From an uncultured archaeon (GTDB lineage: Archaea > Iainarchaeota > Iainarchaeia > Iainarchaeales > CSSED10-239), in the NCBI GenBank assembly GCA_964586355.1, contig CAZPGO010000032.1, positions 1 through 32,000 of the forward strand: a stretch of 32,000 nt of DNA, given 5' to 3'. A program made the translations under genes and the position numbers. Every line of letters starts with the position of its first letter. Within the stretch, counting starts at the first letter, position 1. Below the pieces are notes generated by a model that worked only from the letters and a program-made list of their open reading frames with translations, did not search any database and was not told the origin of the DNA. This document shows positions 26,526 to 32,000 of the stretch, piece after piece.

Positions 26526-26600
26526 AGGCAAGTAGCATAGTCTGGATAATGCACAAGCCTCCTAAGCTTGGGATCGTGGGTTCGAATCCCACCTTGCCTG
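26526..26600 (+). tRNA. tRNA-Arg (anticodon CCU)
   Basis: Hand-folded cloverleaf. Acceptor AGGCAAG/CTTGCCT. D stem GCAT/ATGC. Anticodon stem CAAGC/GCTTG with loop CT-CCT-AA. Variable loop GGATC. T arm GTGGG-TTCGAAT-CCCAC. Discriminator G. No encoded CCA. Confidence 0.9.
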
Positions 26601-26653
26601 TTGGCTGGTTTTAGTAAATCAGCACTTAAAATATACAAAGTAGTACTAATATT

Positions 26654-27712
26654 CTATTTTTTAAGCTCAATTGTTTGTGTTGGAAATGCGAAATCTATTT
26701 TAGCTTTTTCAAATTCTTTTTTTATTGTTATGTTTATTTTGTCTTTGGTTTTTACATATTCGTTATAATCTAGAGAAATAATCCAATAAATAATTCTAAT
26801 ATTTAATGAAAAATCCCCAAACGATTCAAAAGAAACTAAAAAGCTATCCTGTTCAACATTTTTGTTTTTCTTTAAAATAGTTGTAACTATTTTTTTTGCT
26901 TGTTCTAGTTTTATAACACTAGTATCATAAGTTAGACCTAATGTGTAATTTTCTTTTCTTGCTCTTCTCTCAGAAATATTTTCTACTGAGTTTGTTGAAA
27001 GTAATCTGTTTGGGATTACTACTACGGTGTTATCAAAGGTTCTTATTTTTGTAGATCTTATGCCAATCTCTTCAACACTACCTAATCCTTCAGATGTTTG
27101 TAAAATATCCCCCATCTTAAATGGTCTTTCTATAAAAATAGTAACTCCAGAAATGAGATTTTCTAAAATATCTTTTGCAGCAAATGCTATTGCAATACCA
27201 CCAATACCAAGCCCTGCAAGTAATGCTGTAACATTATATCCTAGATTTGAAAGTATCACTAATATGGCAAAAGTTAATAGTACGATTTTCACCAAAGATT
27301 TTAGTAAAGGTATTAATTGATCATCATATTTGGAATCAGATTTTTTTGCATATTTTTCTAGGTATTCTTCAATTATTCCTATAAAAAACTTTATGAAAAA
27401 TAAAGTTATTGAGAGAACAACTACAATAAACGTTGCTTGTTTTACAAAGTTTTGTAATGCTAAAGAAGTGTTTAGATATTTAAAACCTATTGTAAAAAAT
27501 ATAAGTATTATAATAACTTTAATAGGCATGGGTTTAGATAATATTTTTGCAATAATATCATCTATTTTATTTTTTGTAAATTTTGTTAGTTTTATAAAAA
27601 TATTTTTAATTATAAATATTGTAAGCCAACTAACAAAGAATCCTAAGAATATAAAAAAAGAAAATAAGATCCAATTCATTATAGTACTTCCAAATATTAT
27701 TTGTTCTAGCAT
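26654..27712 (-). CDS. mscS: Mechanosensitive ion channel, MscS family
   Basis: N-terminal TM helices, then LAGLGIGGIAIAFAAKDILENLISGVTIFIERPFKMGDIL..G.VEEIGIRSTKIRTFDNTVVVIPN, the MscS core signature. Confidence 0.85.
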   Translation of the reverse strand: MLEQIIFGSTIMNWILFSFFIFLGFFVSWLTIFIIKNIFIKLTKFTKNKIDDIIAKILSKPMPIKVIIILIFFTIGFKYLNTSLALQNFVKQATFIVVVLSITLFFIKFFIGIIEEYLEKYAKKSDSKYDDQLIPLLKSLVKIVLLTFAILVILSNLGYNVTALLAGLGIGGIAIAFAAKDILENLISGVTIFIERPFKMGDILQTSEGLGSVEEIGIRSTKIRTFDNTVVVIPNRLLSTNSVENISERRARKENYTLGLTYDTSVIKLEQAKKIVTTILKKNKNVEQDSFLVSFESFGDFSLNIRIIYWIISLDYNEYVKTKDKINITIKKEFEKAKIDFAFPTQTIELKK

Positions 27713-27984
27713 TTTTATTTCCTTCTTTTATTTTTGTGTGTGATTTAATCAATTATATTTTTTTTTTAATCTGTTTCTTTGTTTTGATATTTCTTTTCTG
27801 CTTTATTTTAGTCAGATCTAATATATAATATAATACATAAGTATTATAAGTATTTTTTATTTACCAACTCTTCTTTATAAATCTACTAGTATTTATAAAA
27901 AGAACTACCTAAAAATAAAGAATATCTTTTTATATTGTTTTATTTTCTTTATCTATATATAATATTTTAAAAATGAGATAAAAA

Positions 27985-29430
27985 ATGTATACTAGATGGT
28001 ATTTAGATGTAATCTTTAAATATATAGGTCAATTGATCTATTATAGTAGTTATACTTTATTGATACCTGTTTTTTTATCTTTAATATTTAAGGAACCATT
28101 TGCAGTAACTGTTGCATATTTTGTGATTTTTTTAACTGTTTTTTTTATTGGTCTAATTTTATATAAAACCATTTCTTTAAATAAAAGACCATTTGTAAAT
28201 CTAAACTTTGTTCATTATCTTGCAATTATTTGTGGATTTTGGATTTTATTTTCTTTTTTTTCTGCTCTTCCATTAGTAATTGTAGGACAGTTTGCTATAA
28301 TAGATTCTATTTTTGAAACCATGTCTATGCTTACCACAACAGGATTAAGTGTTCTTCCAATATTACCAACACTTGCAAGTTTAATTTTTTGGAGATCTAT
28401 TTTAGCATGGATTGGTGGAATTGGTTTGATATTGTTGGCTTATTTTGGTGTTTTAAACTCTCACTCCAGTTTTAATAAGTTAATGAGAGCTGAAGGAAGA
28501 GAGCTTATAAGACCAAATGTTAAAAACACCATTAAGCATTTGTGGATGATCTATTCAATATTAACTATTTTTGGAATTATTCTTTTAATTGTTTTTGGAA
28601 TGAATCTATTTAATTCCATAAACTACACAATGGCTGCAATCTCAACTACTGGTCTGCAGATTGGTATAAACGATGCTTTGTTGTTAGAAAATCCTTTTAT
28701 TCAGTTGTCTTTAGTATTAATAATGGTGATTGGAGCAACATCTTTTTTAACACATTATTTTGCTTTAAGAAAAAAGTCAATTGTTGAATATTTTAAGGAT
28801 AATCAGTTTATTGCTTTTTTATCTTTAGTAGGTGTTTCTATATTTGTTTTTTTAGTAACTATTGGCTCTAAACACTCATGGACAAAGTTATTGTTTTTAT
28901 CAGTATCTGCAATATCTGGGGGCGGATTTAAGATATTTGGTGTTGAAGAGATTGTGGTTATTCCAGCAATTTCTCTTTTAATGATCATATTTTTAATGTT
29001 TATTGGTGGATCTACTAATTCTACAAGTGGTGGCATAAAGATGCATAGACTTGTTCTTTTATTTAAAACAATTTATTGGAAAATAAAGGAGATAATTCTT
29101 CCAGAAAATGCACATTTTTCAAGAAAATATAATGATGAGCAATATGATGATGAAAAGATTTCTTCTATATATTTTTTTTTGTTTATTTATTTTATATTTA
29201 TCTTAATAGGTACATTTGTTTTAGTTGCATACAATAACCCACTTCAAGAAAGCTTTTTTGAAGTAATCTCTGCTCAAAGTAATGTGGGTTTATCTAGTGG
29301 AGTTACTACTAGTGCATTACCAGTAATTCCAAAAGTGATGTTAATAATTAATATGTGGATTGGAAGATTAGAGATTATCCCTTTTTTGGGGTTAGTTGGT
29401 CTTTTGTTTCAAAAAAAAATATATTTATAA
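27985..29430 (+). CDS. trkH: K+ uptake membrane subunit, TrkH/KtrB family
   Basis: Four pore-loop glycine motifs (TTTGLSV, STTGLQ, SGGGFK, SNVGLSSG) and GGIKMHRL. Confidence 0.85.
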   Translation: MYTRWYLDVIFKYIGQLIYYSSYTLLIPVFLSLIFKEPFAVTVAYFVIFLTVFFIGLILYKTISLNKRPFVNLNFVHYLAIICGFWILFSFFSALPLVIVGQFAIIDSIFETMSMLTTTGLSVLPILPTLASLIFWRSILAWIGGIGLILLAYFGVLNSHSSFNKLMRAEGRELIRPNVKNTIKHLWMIYSILTIFGIILLIVFGMNLFNSINYTMAAISTTGLQIGINDALLLENPFIQLSLVLIMVIGATSFLTHYFALRKKSIVEYFKDNQFIAFLSLVGVSIFVFLVTIGSKHSWTKLLFLSVSAISGGGFKIFGVEEIVVIPAISLLMIIFLMFIGGSTNSTSGGIKMHRLVLLFKTIYWKIKEIILPENAHFSRKYNDEQYDDEKISSIYFFLFIYFIFILIGTFVLVAYNNPLQESFFEVISAQSNVGLSSGVTTSALPVIPKVMLIINMWIGRLEIIPFLGLVGLLFQKKIYL

Positions 29431-29452
29431 AAAATAAAGAAGGTGTTAGAAA

Positions 29453-30109
29453 ATGTATATTATTTTAGTTGGTGCAGGTGGTATTGGTTTAGCACTTGCA
29501 GAACTTTTAAATGCTGAGGATCATGATGTTGTTGTTATTGATAAAGATCCAATAAGAGCAAAAAAAATGTCTTTAGAAAAAGAGGTTGTAACAATTAATG
29601 GGGATGCAACAGATATTGCTGTTTTACAAAAAGCAGGTATCTCTCAAGCAGATCTTTTTATTTCTCTGACTGATAGTGATGAGATCAATTTAGTTGTGGG
29701 TTTAATTGCTAAAGAATATGGAGTAAAAACAGTTGCTATTTCTTTGATAAAAACAAATTATAAAAAAGAGGTCTTAGAAAAATTAGGAATAGATATGGTA
29801 ATACATCCAAATATTGCAGCAGCTGGTTATATTGCGCAAATGATTAGTTCTAAGGATATTTTAGATCTGTCCTTTTTCTCTGTTGGAGATGCTGAATTGA
29901 TTGAGCAAGTTATTACTAAAAAAACAAAATATCATGGATTACATATAGTTAAGTTTAAGGAATTATTACCACCAAATTCTACAGTTATCGGCTATTTTAA
30001 AAATGCTAAATTTTATGTGTATAACCAAGATGACAGAATAGAAGAAGGTCAAAAAATGCTTTTAGTTGCAAAAAAAGATGAAATAAATAATTTAAAAAAA
30101 TTATTTTAG
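29453..30109 (+). CDS. trkA: K+ uptake regulatory subunit, TrkA/KtrA (RCK N+C domains)
   Basis: MYIILVGAGGIGLALAELL Rossmann GxGxxG..D motif, 218 aa. Sits directly after trkH and is preceded by aaggtg. Confidence 0.85.
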   Translation: MYIILVGAGGIGLALAELLNAEDHDVVVIDKDPIRAKKMSLEKEVVTINGDATDIAVLQKAGISQADLFISLTDSDEINLVVGLIAKEYGVKTVAISLIKTNYKKEVLEKLGIDMVIHPNIAAAGYIAQMISSKDILDLSFFSVGDAELIEQVITKKTKYHGLHIVKFKELLPPNSTVIGYFKNAKFYVYNQDDRIEEGQKMLLVAKKDEINNLKKLF

Positions 30110-30861
30110 GTTATATGGGTTATTTTTTGTACTCCACTCTCAAAATGTATACAAAGAGTGTGACGATAAACCCTTTTCCCTCTTCTATCTGCTGTTACTA
30201 AACTTTTTGTTTCTTGCCATGATTTGGCATTTTTATTTAAAATAAGTGTTTGTAATATTTTTTTACTTTGATCTAAATTATCCAAATAGATATCTATTCC
30301 TGTTTTTTGTGGTTTCTCTTTGACTATATGTACTTGTTTAGAAATATTTTTTCTACTTTCATTCATTTCAAAGATCATATTTCTTGTTTGTGAAACTATT
30401 CTATCCATGATTTCTTCCTTTATATCTGAATTATCAAATCTTAATTGTAATATTGTTGTGTAATAATTTCCAGAAAGTCTTGAACATCTCTCACATTCGT
30501 TTTTTCTTAAAGAGATGTCTTTTTCCATTTTTATTTCTTTGATTTTATTGCCAATTAAGGCTTTTGCTGTAACAATTACATAATGTTCATGTAATTCATC
30601 ATCAAGAATCAGTTTTACAAAAATCTTTGCTTGATCTAGGTCTTTTGTTTTTATATGTTTTGCTAAATCTTTTTCTAGATCTTCAACTGTTTTATAATAT
30701 TTTTTTGCATATTTTAAGATTCCACATCTTGGGCAAAGAGTGATTTCAAAAGTTGGTGCATTTATCACTTGATGTTCTGATACATAGCACTCAATACAGA
30801 AACCATTTATTTGAGAATCATCATCAATCTCTTTACCACATTTTGGGCAAAATCTTTTCAT
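30106..30861 (-). CDS. NMD3-family protein (archaeal homologue of the 60S export adaptor), short form
   Basis: N-terminal CPKCG..CIECY..CPRCG Cys clusters with NMD3 spacing, plus a later CERCS. 251 aa. Confidence 0.7.
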   Translation of the reverse strand: MKRFCPKCGKEIDDDSQINGFCIECYVSEHQVINAPTFEITLCPRCGILKYAKKYYKTVEDLEKDLAKHIKTKDLDQAKIFVKLILDDELHEHYVIVTAKALIGNKIKEIKMEKDISLRKNECERCSRLSGNYYTTILQLRFDNSDIKEEIMDRIVSQTRNMIFEMNESRKNISKQVHIVKEKPQKTGIDIYLDNLDQSKKILQTLILNKNAKSWQETKSLVTADRRGKRVYRHTLCIHFESGVQKITHIT

Positions 30862-30876
30862 TTTATTTTTCCTTTT

Positions 30877-32000
30877 TTATTCTAATTCTATTACGTCGCC
30901 ATTTTGTGGATTAACAGCATCAATACCTAATCCTTTTAGTTCTTCTTTAAAGTTTATTGTTGTTTGTTTATCTCCATGAACACAAATGACTTTTCTTGGA
31001 TTAACTTTTTTTACTAACTCTAAAAGTTCTTCTCTATCTGCATGAGCGGAAAAACTATACTTCATTACTTTTGCTCTTGGTTGATAGCTTTTTCCATCAA
31101 TTAATAGCTTTCCTGTGTGTTCTAGTCTATATCCGTTTGTGCCTTTAACTTGATATCCACTAAGTATAATTTTGTTTTTAGGATCTGCACCAAGCTCTTG
31201 AATATATCCTAATACAGGTCCACCTTCTAGCATTCCTGCAGTAGAAATAATTATACATTGTTGATTAACTATTTTGCTTCTTTTTTTTCTGTTTTTTATA
31301 AATTCAACAACATCAACAGCTTTTTTAAAAGCTTTAAAATCTGTGAAAAATTCTGGATATTGTGAAAAAATCATTGTTGCTTTTTTAGACATTCCATCTA
31401 GATAGATTGGCACATTATTAATTTTATGCTTTGAGAGTATATTTATTAATTCTTGACTTCTCTCAATTGCAAATGCTGGTAAGATAACAGATCCACCATT
31501 TTCAATAGTTTCTAATATTTCTGTAATAAATAATTTTTCTTGATTTTTTCTATCTTTATGATTTTCTAAACCATAAGTTGTTTCTGTTATTAAGTAATCA
31601 ACAGCTGGTAATTTTTTATCATAACCTTTAAACATTTGACTTTCAGATCCTCTAAAGTCTCCAGTGTACATTACTTTTTTGTTTTCTTGTTCTACTACAG
31701 AAATAACACTTCCAACAATATGTCCTGCATCATAAAAGGTTACTTTTGTGTTTGGTGTTATTTCTATGTTTTTTTTATAATCTAAATAGTATGCAGAATC
31801 ATTTGCTGTATTAATATCTACTGGCTTAAAACCAGCTTCTGTTCCTGTTATTTTTGCAATCTTCATAGTGTCTTCCCATAAAAGGTTTGACAACTGTAGT
31901 GTTGGTGGTGTTAAAAACAAAGGAGTTATTGCTCCTGGTTTATATAAGTAAGGAATTGCACCAGAGTGATCTAGATGTGCGTGACTTAATATTATTGCAT
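30877..32000 (-). CDS. Metallo-beta-lactamase/beta-CASP ribonuclease (aCPSF / RNase J-like), 5'-partial (continues beyond the window)
   Basis: The frame stays open upstream of the track's TTG start. The reverse complement of 31921-31998 reads AIILSHAHLDHSGAIPYLYKPGAITP (HxHxDH). Downstream motifs: DAGHIVGS, ITETTYG, and FSAHADREEL..VICVHGD (beta-CASP motif C). Confidence 0.85.
   Translation of the reverse strand, partial: AIILSHAHLDHSGAIPYLYKPGAITPLFLTPPTLQLSNLLWEDTMKIAKITGTEAGFKPVDINTANDSAYYLDYKKNIEITPNTKVTFYDAGHIVGSVISVVEQENKKVMYTGDFRGSESQMFKGYDKKLPAVDYLITETTYGLENHKDRKNQEKLFITEILETIENGGSVILPAFAIERSQELINILSKHKINNVPIYLDGMSKKATMIFSQYPEFFTDFKAFKKAVDVVEFIKNRKKRSKIVNQQCIIISTAGMLEGGPVLGYIQELGADPKNKIILSGYQVKGTNGYRLEHTGKLLIDGKSYQPRAKVMKYSFSAHADREELLELVKKVNPRKVICVHGDKQTTINFKEELKGLGIDAVNPQNGDVIELE

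Noticed and set aside
26568-26768. 66-aa plus-strand ORF (MGSWVRIPPCLLAG...)
   Set aside because: Its 5' part is the T-arm and acceptor of tRNA-Arg, and its 3' part is antisense to the end of mscS. It is an artefact.
1-32000. Mobile elements, defence islands, DGR/retron components, prophage
   Set aside because: I found no transposase, integrase, reverse transcriptase, Cas, restriction-modification or toxin-antitoxin signatures in any frame. The only repeats are short coding or intergenic ones. The tRNA-Arg has no adjacent integrase or direct-repeat att-like copy that I could see.

Overview
Very AT-rich, tightly packed chromosomal window. About 30 protein genes, one tRNA and one structured RNA; several genes overlap at start/stop codons. 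It looks archaeal. Supporting hallmarks: an NMD3 homologue, a beta-CASP/aCPSF-type RNase, an archaeal/eukaryal-type TrpRS, a tRNA with no encoded CCA, TATA-like A/T boxes with Shine-Dalgarno GAGGTG-type sites, and T-run terminators. The AT-richness, compactness and many lineage-specific orphan genes fit a small-genome DPANN-like archaeon; that assignment is inference only. Most content is housekeeping: TrpRS, SerRS, SMC, adenylate kinase, DEAD-box helicase, FKBP, Hsp20, P-type ATPase, MscS and TrkHA. I saw no CRISPR array, transposase, integrase or reverse transcriptase. Five parts deserve a closer look. (1) A translationally coupled operon at 2749-6025 encodes a membrane-tethered HTH, a CPHC-thioredoxin::DsbD-like fusion, GcvH, an AhpD-like CxxC protein and LplA. 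I interpret it as a candidate lipoyl-carrier-based transmembrane thiol redox relay. (2) A module at 11-2582 pairs a NifX-like double domain with two MinD/[4Fe-4S] ATPases; the two NifX domains are joined by a near-perfect 18-nt x9 tandem repeat. (3) An orphan G+C-enriched 130-nt RNA at 8218-8347 folds into a 5S-like three-way junction. (4) Two co-transcribed surface proteins at 21424-24205 are built from Ig-like repeats and share a 'VTGF'-hydrophobic-basic C-terminus. (5) A long acidic coiled-coil protein is co-transcribed with adk. All functional calls rest on motif recognition by eye; no database searches were run.
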